Origin: a virus
Lineage: Duplodnaviria; Caudoviricetes
IMG/VR virus record: IMGVR_UViG_3300020460_000014
Location: 1-64,000 of that record
Reading direction: 5' to 3' (one strand)
Length of the DNA stretch: 64,000 bases
Shown here: positions 18,379 through 27,682 of the stretch, piece after piece
Numbering within the stretch: position 1 is the stretch's first letter
How the letters are laid out: the number at the start of each line of letters is the position of its first letter
Translations under genes and position numbers: made by a program
Notes under the pieces: model-generated
The model's input: only the letters and a program-made list of their open reading frames with translations
Told to the model about the DNA's origin: nothing
Databases searched by the model: none

Positions 18379-18898
18379 TTTCTGCTGTTTCTAGAGTTGG
18401 TTCTACTTCTTCAGTGTTTTCTAAAGAATCAATATTTACATCAATGTCTCTTAATCTAACGTGTAAATCTGATATTTTTTTATTAGATTCACCAAGTTCT
18501 TGCATTGCCTCTGTAACAGATTGACCGACTAGGGTTAACATTCTTACAAATTTTCTAGCATTTTCAACGCCAGTTCCTTGAACATTTAAAAGAGCTTGAT
18601 AAAGTCCATTTAACTCATATGCTTTAAGTTCTAAATTTGGAATGTAATCTTTATTCTCCTTTAATTCTTCAGTAATTCTTGTCTTTTCAGTCTTTAACTT
18701 ATCGTTTAAAGTAACAATAATGGCAGCATTTTTAGTAGTCCAAGTATATCCTTTATTAAGATGATCTCGAATTGTATTGATCATTTTAACATCTTCAATT
18801 TCTACATTAAAAATTCTACTTGCTTCTTCTTTTTGTAATTCTGTAGCCTGTTTTTCTAAATCAGTTCTTTCAAGCTTTAATTCATCTAGTTTTGACAT
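18362..18898 (-). CDS. Coiled-coil hypothetical protein (178 aa)
   Basis: ORF track; GATATATA at 18929-18936. Confidence 0.6.
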   Translation of the reverse strand: MSKLDELKLERTDLEKQATELQKEEASRIFNVEIEDVKMINTIRDHLNKGYTWTTKNAAIIVTLNDKLKTEKTRITEELKENKDYIPNLELKAYELNGLYQALLNVQGTGVENARKFVRMLTLVGQSVTEAMQELGESNKKISDLHVRLRDIDVNIDSLENTEEVEPTLETAENETGN

Positions 18899-18937
18899 TT
18901 ATTCTATTTTAAAAAGTTAACTATTAATTATATATCT

Positions 18938-19411
18938 TTAAAATTCAGGATTAGTAATCCTTAAATCATATTCTTTAAAATTTGTAAATTGTATTTGATC
19001 GGCCTCGAATCTTCTAGGAATAGAATCATTTTTATCATCTCTCAACATCAATCGAGTTAATCTGGTTGTTGAGTCTATATCTAAATAAATTACAACGCAT
19101 TCATCCTTTACTTCTTCTGGCAAAAGATAAAGTCCTTCTGGTGACATTATTAATATATCGCTAGAATGAAACTCTTCTTTTGTTAAACCATACTTCCAAC
19201 CTTTAAATTCCATATATTCCATCATTTTACCATCTTCTAATAACTCGACGAACTTTTCATCAGTTACATAATGGTAATCAAATCCTTCTTTTTCATTTTT
19301 TCTAGGTGATCTGGTAGTATGGCTAACTCCACATTTAAATCCTTTATCTAATAATCTATTTTTGAAATAATCTTTTCCGGCTGCTGCCTTTCCTACTAAT
19401 ATAATCTTCAT
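18938..19411 (-). CDS. gmk: Guanylate kinase
   Basis: P-loop GKAAAGKD; VSHTTRSPRKNEKEGFDYHYV; YGLT. Confidence 0.88.
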   Translation of the reverse strand: MKIILVGKAAAGKDYFKNRLLDKGFKCGVSHTTRSPRKNEKEGFDYHYVTDEKFVELLEDGKMMEYMEFKGWKYGLTKEEFHSSDILIMSPEGLYLLPEEVKDECVVIYLDIDSTTRLTRLMLRDDKNDSIPRRFEADQIQFTNFKEYDLRITNPEF

Positions 19412-19460
19412 TTAAAAATAATTAAAAATTTAGTATTATATAAGTATTTTAAGAATTGTT

Positions 19461-20654
19461 TCACATTCCTACAATACTAAAAATATCTTCTGTATCAAAT
19501 TTAGGGACCTCTCCATCGATAAGCCTGAGAGATTCTACACTGTTTATAATATTAGAAGGGGACATACCATCTGCTGAATATCTATTAAAAAGTTCTATTA
19601 TAGTTTCTAAGGCTTCTGGGCCTCCTCCTATTCCATAATAGATTTTAGATGCTATCCATTTTCTAAGTAGATTATGCATCCATCCTTGATCTTTAAGCAT
19701 TTTTACAACCTCATTAATATTATTATTTGGAGTGAGTTCTTCAAATACTTGCATTTTAGTAAATTCAGCTGGGAAGGTTACTTCTGTTAAATTAATAATG
19801 GAATCTTTATCTAAAATTAATTCTGCCCATTCTAAAACATCATCGTATGGTTGTAATCCAAAAGATCTTGCCTTAATTATGTCTATTTCTCTTTTTGCAA
19901 GCTTTCTTAAAGGTTCTAAATGCCAAATTTCTCCATCTATTCTATCGTATAATGAGGTTGTCAAGATTTGATAGACTAAAATTCCTTGGTCGATTATTCC
20001 ATGTTGTAAATGGCCAGAAACTCTAAAAGTTCCATCAAGTTTTAATTTGGTTTGATTATAAACTGCCATTACAGTTAAAAATCGATTTACGGTCGGATCC
20101 GATTCTCCAAGATCGAAAGAGGCGTTTTTATCTAATAATTGGAATTTCTCTCCTACAAGATTTATTCCCTGGGCAGCCTCTGTTGAACTTACAATGTTTC
20201 CATATTCTATGTAATTTTCAATCCAATATTGAGTTCTATTTTTTGGATCCATTTCTTTACAACTAGGATCATAAATATCAGAATCTACAAATTCTATTTT
20301 ACAATTTATTTTTTTAACATCGATACTATTTGGAAAATTAAACAAAGGCTTATCAATAATAACTTTGTCATATCCGTGCATTTCTATTAATGTGTTAATA
20401 TGGGCAACAGGATCCTCTTCTTTAAAAACAGAAAGACTATATCCTAATTCTTCTAACGTATTTGAAAATACTGAGAAGCCATATCTAAAAAAATATTCAA
20501 TATCTGTTTTTGTATTTTTTTGTATTAATCTGTAATCATCGTCATAATAATATGGACTATAATACACAAAAGAAACCTCATTACAAGCAGTTGCTCTACT
20601 AAAAAGTTTAGATTGAGTTCTTAGTGTATGTGTTACCCAAATTAATACCCTCAT
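19461..20654 (-). CDS. Divergent photolyase/cryptochrome-family protein
   Basis: GTFRVSGHLQHG, LRKLAKRE and GWMHNLLRKWIAS align to FAD-binding motifs; N-terminal alpha/beta domain pattern. Confidence 0.7.
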   Translation of the reverse strand: MRVLIWVTHTLRTQSKLFSRATACNEVSFVYYSPYYYDDDYRLIQKNTKTDIEYFFRYGFSVFSNTLEELGYSLSVFKEEDPVAHINTLIEMHGYDKVIIDKPLFNFPNSIDVKKINCKIEFVDSDIYDPSCKEMDPKNRTQYWIENYIEYGNIVSSTEAAQGINLVGEKFQLLDKNASFDLGESDPTVNRFLTVMAVYNQTKLKLDGTFRVSGHLQHGIIDQGILVYQILTTSLYDRIDGEIWHLEPLRKLAKREIDIIKARSFGLQPYDDVLEWAELILDKDSIINLTEVTFPAEFTKMQVFEELTPNNNINEVVKMLKDQGWMHNLLRKWIASKIYYGIGGGPEALETIIELFNRYSADGMSPSNIINSVESLRLIDGEVPKFDTEDIFSIVGM

Positions 20655-21259
20655 AATTCTATATATTTTTTAATCCATAGAATTGGCCAAGTTGACGCGT
20701 GCCAGTTGTTCCATAACTCTTTTCTTTCAGGATGCCATTGAACTAGCATTATCTTATTTCCAATAGCGCATTCAATAACACTATCCCATTCAGAATATAG
20801 TTCAGGTTCTAATTCAACTGACAAAATACTGCAATGTTGGTGATGCCTTGAGTTAACTTTAAAATTAACGTCATCACATATTGAATAAACTTTATGATAT
20901 GCGCTTTCTTTTCTTGAGGTATCTTCGTTTATTACACTATTATCTATAGCATGCGTTCTTTCATGTTTTTCCATAATATCTTCAACAACACCTCCTAAAT
21001 GCCAATTAACCAATTGCATTCCTCTACATATTCCCAAGATCGGCAAGTCCATAGAAAGTGCCTGATCTATTAACATTCTTTCAAATTTATCTCTTTTTGG
21101 AACTGTGCCTACATCAGCACCTCCACATAATAAAAGGGCTCCTACAATTTCAGCATCTTCTTCTGTTAAAATTTTATACCCAAGTCCATTTCTTTCTACC
21201 CAAGCAATATATACTTTTAACTTTTCTTCGTTTACCGGTGGGGCAATACTTATTATCAT
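20651..21259 (-). CDS. Peptidase C26 / class I glutamine amidotransferase (PuuD-like)
   Basis: LLCGGADV, LGICRGMQ, VNSRHHQ, VQWHPE; catalytic triad intact. Confidence 0.88.
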   Translation of the reverse strand: MIISIAPPVNEEKLKVYIAWVERNGLGYKILTEEDAEIVGALLLCGGADVGTVPKRDKFERMLIDQALSMDLPILGICRGMQLVNWHLGGVVEDIMEKHERTHAIDNSVINEDTSRKESAYHKVYSICDDVNFKVNSRHHQHCSILSVELEPELYSEWDSVIECAIGNKIMLVQWHPERKELWNNWHASTWPILWIKKYIEL

Positions 21260-21264
21260 AATTT

Positions 21265-21675
21265 TTAGAATATTTCATCTATTATTTTTTTAATAAGTTT
21301 ATTTAAATTCTCTTTATCTTCATTTCTTAAAATTTCAGCCTTTTCTATTAAAATTCGATTCATTTGGAGTTCATCTTCATTAAGATTATCAGTCATTTCC
21401 CATTGTTCAAAAGACTCTCCGTCTATTTCAATATCTTCTGAATATTTTGAATTATTTTTAAATCTAAACCCTACGACTTCTAAATATATGTCGCTTTCTA
21501 ATCTTTCAATAGTTTCTAAGACCGCAATGTAGTCATTGCTATTACATTTTAATAATGATTGCTTTATATTTTCTTTAGTGAATTCTCTTGAAGGTTTCAT
21601 CGACTTAGATAAATCTAAACAAAGTATTTTTCTCAGTCTAAATATATTTTTAATATAGTTAATAAAACCCATCAA
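21265..21675 (-). CDS. Hypothetical protein (136 aa)
   Basis: ORF track. Confidence 0.55.
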   Translation of the reverse strand: MMGFINYIKNIFRLRKILCLDLSKSMKPSREFTKENIKQSLLKCNSNDYIAVLETIERLESDIYLEVVGFRFKNNSKYSEDIEIDGESFEQWEMTDNLNEDELQMNRILIEKAEILRNEDKENLNKLIKKIIDEIF

Positions 21676-21766
21676 AATAAACCTTATTTTTTAGATATTT
21701 ATTTTGATATTGCCTAGAAAATAGTGAAATTTAACAACAATAATATACTCTAATATTATGTGTTTA

Positions 21767-21970
21767 TTAATGAGTTTCAGAATCTGTAAATATCGAGTAC
21801 CAATTTTTTATTTTGTGAACTTCTTCAGCATCTTTCCATACTAAAGACTCTCCATATTTCTTTAAGAATTCTTCTTCGTTTTCTAGAAAAAGATCAGCCT
21901 GCTCTTTAGTTAAAATTGCCTCCTTGAGATTAACTTCTTTTATATACTCTGTTTTAAGCAACTTTATCAT
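21767..21970 (-). CDS. Hypothetical protein (67 aa)
   Basis: ORF track. Confidence 0.5.
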   Translation of the reverse strand: MIKLLKTEYIKEVNLKEAILTKEQADLFLENEEEFLKKYGESLVWKDAEEVHKIKNWYSIFTDSETH

Positions 21971-22746
21971 TTTGTAGAATGTTTAGTATATTTAAAATAA
22001 TTTATTATAAATTTAGATCTTGTTGGATTATCCTCATCAACTCCCCAATCTACTGCATTATTTATAATAACGTTCATTTTATGGCCTTTCAAGCTTTCCA
22101 TTATTTTTGGATCTGTGATTTCTCTTACTAATCTATCGTTATAATATATTTTTATATAATCCTCAGTCCAATCACAGCCATATTTGATAAAGTGTTTGCT
22201 AGGATCTTTAAAGCCCATCCAATGAGATTTTGCACCAATACTATAATTATCTGGCATTTTTCCTAAATGAACATTAGTGTTTACATGCCAAAAACCTAAT
22301 GGATTTCTTAAGTCAATTCTAAAATAACCTTTTCTCTTTTTTGTGTAACCTTCAAATATATCAATTTCTGGAGGCCATGAACTAAATGACCACATCCAAA
22401 AGGCCGGCCATAAATACTTTCCTTTTGGTAATTTTGCCTCTATTTCAAAATATCCATAATCAAATGGAGTTGTGCATGATACCAATCCTACACCAATTGT
22501 ACTACTAACATCTAATTTTTTAAAATGTTTAAAATTATAATGGGTCTTTAATATTAACTGATCCTTGTCGTTTATCTCTACTGCCGTAGAATCGTACCAT
22601 TGAAAGGTTTTTTCTGGATGAATAGCACCCCACCTTTCTTCAGTCAACCATTTATAACCGGACCAGTTTATTGTTTCCATATTCTTTTTATTTGGTATTA
22701 AATTTATTGAAATAAGTAATAAGCTAAATAATAAAGTACTTATCAT
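21967..22746 (-). CDS. Glycoside hydrolase family 16
   Basis: WPAFWM...PEIDIFEG catalytic ExDxxE; YGYFEIEAKLP; hydrophobic N-terminus. Confidence 0.88.
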   Translation of the reverse strand: MISTLLFSLLLISINLIPNKKNMETINWSGYKWLTEERWGAIHPEKTFQWYDSTAVEINDKDQLILKTHYNFKHFKKLDVSSTIGVGLVSCTTPFDYGYFEIEAKLPKGKYLWPAFWMWSFSSWPPEIDIFEGYTKKRKGYFRIDLRNPLGFWHVNTNVHLGKMPDNYSIGAKSHWMGFKDPSKHFIKYGCDWTEDYIKIYYNDRLVREITDPKIMESLKGHKMNVIINNAVDWGVDEDNPTRSKFIINYFKYTKHSTK

Positions 22747-22751
22747 TATAT

Positions 22752-23279
22752 TTATCCTTTTAATTTTTTAATTTCTCTAGTAACCTTGGTCCAATACCAT
22801 TCCGTTGACTCTTTTTTCCAGCCTCTTGGTCCTCCATTCCAACACCGGGCAACGACCTCATCAGTGTCGCATTCATGGTGGAAATCTTTCCAAATATAAA
22901 ACATTTCAATAGATTTTTCTCTATCAAATCGGTCTTTTAAAGAATACTTCTTTTTTATTTTTTGCCTTTTTAGAATTCTATTTACTTCTTTAACCATAAT
23001 CGGTCTAATTTGAAGAACTCCAATTGAAGGAACTCTCAAGTTCTTATCTCCAACCATATCCTCTTTTCCTCCACTTTCTACTTGTATCATTGCCCTAACT
23101 AATATAGAATCTACTGGAATTATTTTAATAGTATCTTTAGGAATTTCCTTTGGTGCAGGAAGTTCGATACATTGTTCAAAACATTCTTGGATTTTTTTAT
23201 TTTTATAAATTTTAAAGGGCGCTAAAAGAGAAGTTGTTGCAATAAGTGGCAGTGCTAACTTTTGAATCTTATTGATCAT
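22752..23279 (-). CDS. Lysozyme-like / lytic transglycosylase
   Basis: AMIQVES catalytic Glu, GVLQI, ARCWNGGPRG. Confidence 0.75.
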   Translation of the reverse strand: MINKIQKLALPLIATTSLLAPFKIYKNKKIQECFEQCIELPAPKEIPKDTIKIIPVDSILVRAMIQVESGGKEDMVGDKNLRVPSIGVLQIRPIMVKEVNRILKRQKIKKKYSLKDRFDREKSIEMFYIWKDFHHECDTDEVVARCWNGGPRGWKKESTEWYWTKVTREIKKLKG

Positions 23280-23286
23280 ATTTTAT

Positions 23287-24327
23287 TTATCTTCTATATT
23301 CTGTTACTAACGGGTTCATAATGTAAAACCATAAAGGTGGTATCAAACAAAGTATCATCATTGTTGGATAACCAAAAGGATGTCTAGGTGCATATTCTAA
23401 TTCTTTTAATATTTGATAAGGTATTGATGCCTTATTATGATGTTCAGAATGTCGTGGAAGGGTAAACAACATGGCTGAACTCCAAAAAGACGGATTATTC
23501 CATGAATGATTATCGCTAACCTTTTCATATTTGCCATTTTTATTTTTTTTGCGTCTTAATCCATAATGCTGGATATAATTTAATTGTGATAATACGAAAT
23601 GAGCAAAAAATGAACATATTAAAGCGTATGCTAATCCACTAAATCCAAAGAAGTGTAAAATAATATACAAAAATACTCCTTGGCAAATAGAATATTGTAA
23701 CAATTGATTTGCCCATGTTATTGGTGGATAATTCTTATTGGCCAATCTTTTAACTTCAACCCTCCATGCCCCTATTGTATTTCCAATTACGTCTTTTGCG
23801 AAAAAATAATAGAAATTCTCTCCTCGTTTTGCAGATCCTGGGTCATTTTCAGTGCCTACCCATCTGTGGTGGATATGATTATGGTAAATAAAGAAGTCCA
23901 TCATTAAAATCTGCATCAAAGATAACTTAGCCATAAATTGCTTGAACATATTCTTTCTATGTCCTAATTCATGGGCTAAATTTACAATGTTACCACTTAT
24001 AACCCCCATTCCTAACGTCATTCCTATAATTTCAAATAATGTTATTGTTGGTCCTGTTACTGCGCTTAAATATAAATAAAGAAAAATATATTGAAGTGGA
24101 ACTAGTCCATATAATATAAATGTATAAAACATATTTGACTTTGCCTTATCTTCTTCCTCCTTTGTAAAATTATAAATGTCTTCCGGAAGAATAAAATCTA
24201 CAAGTGGAATGAAAATGAAGGCATATATTGGAATTGAATAACTCCAATAACCCCCTAACACAAATGATAAAATAGCAAACGGGACCGCAGTATAAGGTAA
24301 CAGATATTTTATAGCAGAATATCTCAT
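23287..24327 (-). CDS. alkB: Alkane 1-monooxygenase (AlkB, membrane di-iron family)
   Basis: AHELGH, HNHIHH...VGTENDP, NYIQHYGL, LPRHSEHH, P-x-GYPTM; multiple TM helices. Confidence 0.85.
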   Translation of the reverse strand: MRYSAIKYLLPYTAVPFAILSFVLGGYWSYSIPIYAFIFIPLVDFILPEDIYNFTKEEEDKAKSNMFYTFILYGLVPLQYIFLYLYLSAVTGPTITLFEIIGMTLGMGVISGNIVNLAHELGHRKNMFKQFMAKLSLMQILMMDFFIYHNHIHHRWVGTENDPGSAKRGENFYYFFAKDVIGNTIGAWRVEVKRLANKNYPPITWANQLLQYSICQGVFLYIILHFFGFSGLAYALICSFFAHFVLSQLNYIQHYGLRRKKNKNGKYEKVSDNHSWNNPSFWSSAMLFTLPRHSEHHNKASIPYQILKELEYAPRHPFGYPTMMILCLIPPLWFYIMNPLVTEYRR

Positions 24328-24333
24328 TATTAA

Positions 24334-24744
24334 TTATTTTTTATAAATTATTATTCCTACGTTATTTTCAGGTACTATTACCATGTATTTTTTAGTACTA
24401 TCACTTAGTATTGTTAATTTATCATAATAAACTAATCCGATATATTTTGATACTTTAACAGTTTTTTTAATTCCATCTTCTAAATAAATTGAATCGACTG
24501 CATTTGTTAATTTATACTGCCTATATAAACTATTATCAAATATTGACCTTATAGAAACAGTATGAAGTAATCTATTATCATCTGATGAAATTATAAAATC
24601 TTCTCCAACCTGTGTAACGAATGAATTTGCCTCCCAACTTTGAATAAGATCTCCGCGGGCTGTCATTAACTGAACTTCATTGTATTGATACTTTTGACTA
24701 AATAATGTAAGCGGTAATAATAATAATAGTATTAAAGTTTTCAT
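24334..24744 (-). CDS. Secreted hypothetical protein (136 aa)
   Basis: Signal peptide MKTLILLLLLPLTLFSQ. Confidence 0.6.
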   Translation of the reverse strand: MKTLILLLLLPLTLFSQKYQYNEVQLMTARGDLIQSWEANSFVTQVGEDFIISSDDNRLLHTVSIRSIFDNSLYRQYKLTNAVDSIYLEDGIKKTVKVSKYIGLVYYDKLTILSDSTKKYMVIVPENNVGIIIYKK

Positions 24745-24785
24745 ATTAATCCATTTTCTGTATTGAAATAATTTTTTGATCTATA

Positions 24786-24962
24786 TCAAATTCTAGTATT
24801 GCCTTCACCTTTGTTTTGGTTTTCTAATTTAACAATCTTTTCCTCCAATTTTTCTTTAAGTTCATCTGGAATATCCCAACACCACGTAATTGCTTTTAGT
24901 GTTCCTAGGAACTCGCCTTTTAGTCTTGCCATTTCTAATTTTAATTCTTGTTCTTTATCCAT
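24786..24962 (-). CDS. Small hypothetical protein (58 aa)
   Basis: Hand translation MDKEQELKLEMARLKGEFLGTLKAITWCWDIPDELKEKLEEKI... Confidence 0.5.
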   Translation of the reverse strand: MDKEQELKLEMARLKGEFLGTLKAITWCWDIPDELKEKLEEKIVKLENQNKGEGNTRI

Positions 24963-24982
24963 GACTCATCTTGGTTTTGGTT

Positions 24983-26293
24983 TTATACATAATCAACTCT
25001 TCCATTTTCATAAATTGCTTTGACTACTGGGAATCTTAAAGAATGTTCTCCATTTTGATTTGTAGTCTCTTCGAAATATTGAACACATATAGTCTTATTT
25101 AATATTTTATCAGGGTTTTTGAAAAAGTTTCTTTTTTGTTCAAGACTGAAACCACTTCCAACCTGCACTCGATTTCCTTTATGTTCTATGATTACATTTT
25201 TCAACATCATCTCTTCTACCTCTTGGCCATTGACGATTACGCGATTTATGGAGTTCTCTAAGTCTACGACAATATATTCCTCATCATAAAATTTCTTTAC
25301 CTTTAAAATATCAGTGCTGCGCTTTCCTTTGTACTTCTCGTCTTTTCGTAGCATTAGACCTTCCCAACCACTTTTAACTGCAAAGTCCATCTTAGTATCA
25401 AACATATCCCAACTGGTTAAAAGGTCCTGTTCGAGAATTCTAAAGTGTTGGGCCGGAGGATAGACTCCATCGACCACCATTTGAAGATTATCAAGTCTAA
25501 CGCTTAATTTTTCCCTAGAAGTCTTATTCTCAAAATTTTCCAAAGAGATCATATCGAAGATTTGGAATAACGGATTCTCGATGGTGTGATCCTTTCTTTT
25601 GATTTCTTTAATAATTGATTGAAAATCTTCATCACCATTTTCATCAACAATGCAAATCTCTCCATCCATAACAATGTTGTAAAGATTTAATTTTTCAAGT
25701 TCTTCTGCAACTTTTCCAAGTGTATCAAATGGTTTGCCACTTCTACTTTTGAAAGTAACAGTTCCAAAATTATCAAAGAATGCTAAACATCTAACTCCAT
25801 CCAATTTTCTAGAAAGATACCAATCATCAGTTGAAAGGTCTACTTTCTTTTTGGTTTTCTCATCATAAGTGGCTGCTAATGCGACATCAAATGTTGGAAC
25901 CAGACCTGGCACAACTTTATTAATCATTGAAGTTGTAGAACGGGTCTTAAGATTTCGGTCTATAATATTATAGATAAGATCTTCGTGCTGTCTATTCTCA
26001 AGAATAAATCTATTTACAACTGAAATAGCAGCATGTCCTGTAACATCTCTATCATTTAAAGCATCTAATAGGGTAAATATGCTACCGAATTGATTTCCTA
26101 TAGGACTAACCAGATCACTCCTCTTTTTAAGATTTTTACTTGTAACGTAATATTGTTTAAAGGGAGAATAAACATACCGGAGTGCTTGAAGGACCTCCTG
26201 ATCTGTTGTATAGTCTCTTAATACGTCTAACTTATCATTATTTGAATTTGATGAGTTACTTCTGTCTATGAATTCTTGTAATCTATCTAACAT
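24983..26293 (-). CDS. gp30: ATP-dependent DNA ligase
   Basis: RKLDGVR (motif I), MDGEI, EGLMLRK, LKVKK; OB-fold VGSG...LRFP. Confidence 0.93.
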   Translation of the reverse strand: MLDRLQEFIDRSNSSNSNNDKLDVLRDYTTDQEVLQALRYVYSPFKQYYVTSKNLKKRSDLVSPIGNQFGSIFTLLDALNDRDVTGHAAISVVNRFILENRQHEDLIYNIIDRNLKTRSTTSMINKVVPGLVPTFDVALAATYDEKTKKKVDLSTDDWYLSRKLDGVRCLAFFDNFGTVTFKSRSGKPFDTLGKVAEELEKLNLYNIVMDGEICIVDENGDEDFQSIIKEIKRKDHTIENPLFQIFDMISLENFENKTSREKLSVRLDNLQMVVDGVYPPAQHFRILEQDLLTSWDMFDTKMDFAVKSGWEGLMLRKDEKYKGKRSTDILKVKKFYDEEYIVVDLENSINRVIVNGQEVEEMMLKNVIIEHKGNRVQVGSGFSLEQKRNFFKNPDKILNKTICVQYFEETTNQNGEHSLRFPVVKAIYENGRVDYV

Positions 26294-26294
26294 A

Positions 26295-26597
26295 TTATTT
26301 TAATTTTGGGAAACTACCAATTGTTGCTTTTTTTAAGAATTTTGGAGAAACTCTATAGGTTCTTCCAAGTCCTGAATTAACGATTGTTACAGTTTTTGAA
26401 TTTACTCTTTCAACTACATACATTACATGTTTTTCGTAGTTTTCATGTACGATGCTTACAGTATCGCCTTTTTTGAATTCAGTAAGTTCTTCTTCTACAA
26501 TAAGTTTCATTGCAACTTTATATAAATCTGCAATTTCTTTTAATTCTTCTCGATTTGCTGTTCTAATAAAATCTTTAACTTGTTCTAAATTTACCAT
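26295..26597 (-). CDS. Hypothetical early protein (100 aa)
   Basis: First gene behind promoter copy 5; SH3-like KKGDTV...RVNSKTVT. Confidence 0.6.
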   Translation of the reverse strand: MVNLEQVKDFIRTANREELKEIADLYKVAMKLIVEEELTEFKKGDTVSIVHENYEKHVMYVVERVNSKTVTIVNSGLGRTYRVSPKFLKKATIGSFPKLK

Positions 26598-26603
26598 TTT
26601 TTT

Positions 26604-26682
26604 ACTGTTTTAATGTTTGTTATTTATAATATAAATATAAACAAAATCCATGACATAAAAAAATCTGGGCGCACTTTTTTTC
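26604..26682 (-). promoter_or_regulatory. Repeated early promoter, copy 5
   Basis: 79 bp nearly identical to 6291..6369, including the leader. Confidence 0.8.
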
Positions 26683-27055
26683 ATAAATTTTCAAAATTCT
26701 TAATCTTTTCCCATTGGATGTTAACTTTCCTAGCAGCGTATTTTATTAATCTTTCTAACCTTTCTACTCTAGTAGGTAACATAATTCTACGATAATCATA
26801 ATATTGATAAACTTTTCCAGAAGAAGTATCAGTCCATTCATTACCATATCTTTTAACTTGATTAAGTTGATAACAACCTTCTACTCTTCCATATTTATCA
26901 AACATTTTCTTTCTAACATATCCATTAGAGTGTTCTGTAACTACTTCTCCAGTTTTAAGTTCCCACTCTGAAGTTCCATTCTTTTTTTGAGTTCTACTTG
27001 TAGTTTCAAAAGCTCCTAGAGCCTCAAAAACCATTATTGCTTCTTTTTCAGTCAT
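26681..27055 (-). CDS. Hypothetical protein (124 aa)
   Basis: ORF track. Confidence 0.6.
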   Translation of the reverse strand: MTEKEAIMVFEALGAFETTSRTQKKNGTSEWELKTGEVVTEHSNGYVRKKMFDKYGRVEGCYQLNQVKRYGNEWTDTSSGKVYQYYDYRRIMLPTRVERLERLIKYAARKVNIQWEKIKNFENL

Positions 27056-27356
27056 TTTTTATTTTTTTAAGATTGTTTTCAAAAATTTCTTGTTCAGTAT
27101 CTCTAATCAACCTGCTAAGATCTTTCATAATTTGATCATTTGCAGATGTTGGATAATTTCCCACCACAAATGACGTATGAATACTATCTAAAATTCTTTG
27201 CCTTTCAGCAAGACTAACTGGTCTGCTTTTATGCTTGTGAATTTTTCTAATAATTCGATTAGCCCTGCTAACCCAATATCTATTATGCATCATTTTTGAT
27301 TCTGACATATAATCTATTTTGTAATCTAAATCTTCGATAATTTTATTCCAATTCAT
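27048..27356 (-). CDS. Hypothetical protein (102 aa)
   Basis: ORF track. Confidence 0.55.
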   Translation of the reverse strand: MNWNKIIEDLDYKIDYMSESKMMHNRYWVSRANRIIRKIHKHKSRPVSLAERQRILDSIHTSFVVGNYPTSANDQIMKDLSRLIRDTEQEIFENNLKKIKND

Positions 27357-27367
27357 ATTTTTTATTT

Positions 27368-27559
27368 TTAAAGTTGATCAACGTAATTTCCTGAAAGGCC
27401 TGTAACAATATCAAAAACCTCATCTTTAACACCATATTTTTCTAATTGATTGTTAAATTGATCTTGGTATTTGTATGCATTGTCGAAATAAAGCTTGGCT
27501 GCTTCTTTATAATTAGCCTCGATAAGTGAATTTTTAAAAGTTTTAATTATATCTTTCAT
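27368..27559 (-). CDS. Hypothetical early protein (63 aa)
   Basis: First gene behind promoter copy 6. Confidence 0.55.
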   Translation of the reverse strand: MKDIIKTFKNSLIEANYKEAAKLYFDNAYKYQDQFNNQLEKYGVKDEVFDIVTGLSGNYVDQL

Positions 27560-27575
27560 TTGTTCTGTTTTTTAA

Positions 27576-27642
27576 TTATAGTTAAATATAAACAAAATTC
27601 TTGACATAAAAAAATCTGGGCGCACTTTTTTTAAAAAAAGTT
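27576..27642 (-). promoter_or_regulatory. Repeated early promoter, copy 6
   Basis: aaatataaacaaaattcttgacataaaaaaatctgggcgcactttttttaaaaaaagt core. Confidence 0.78.
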
Positions 27643-27682
27643 TTGAACAGTAGGTAGGTCCCTATAACGCCCAAAAAAGATT

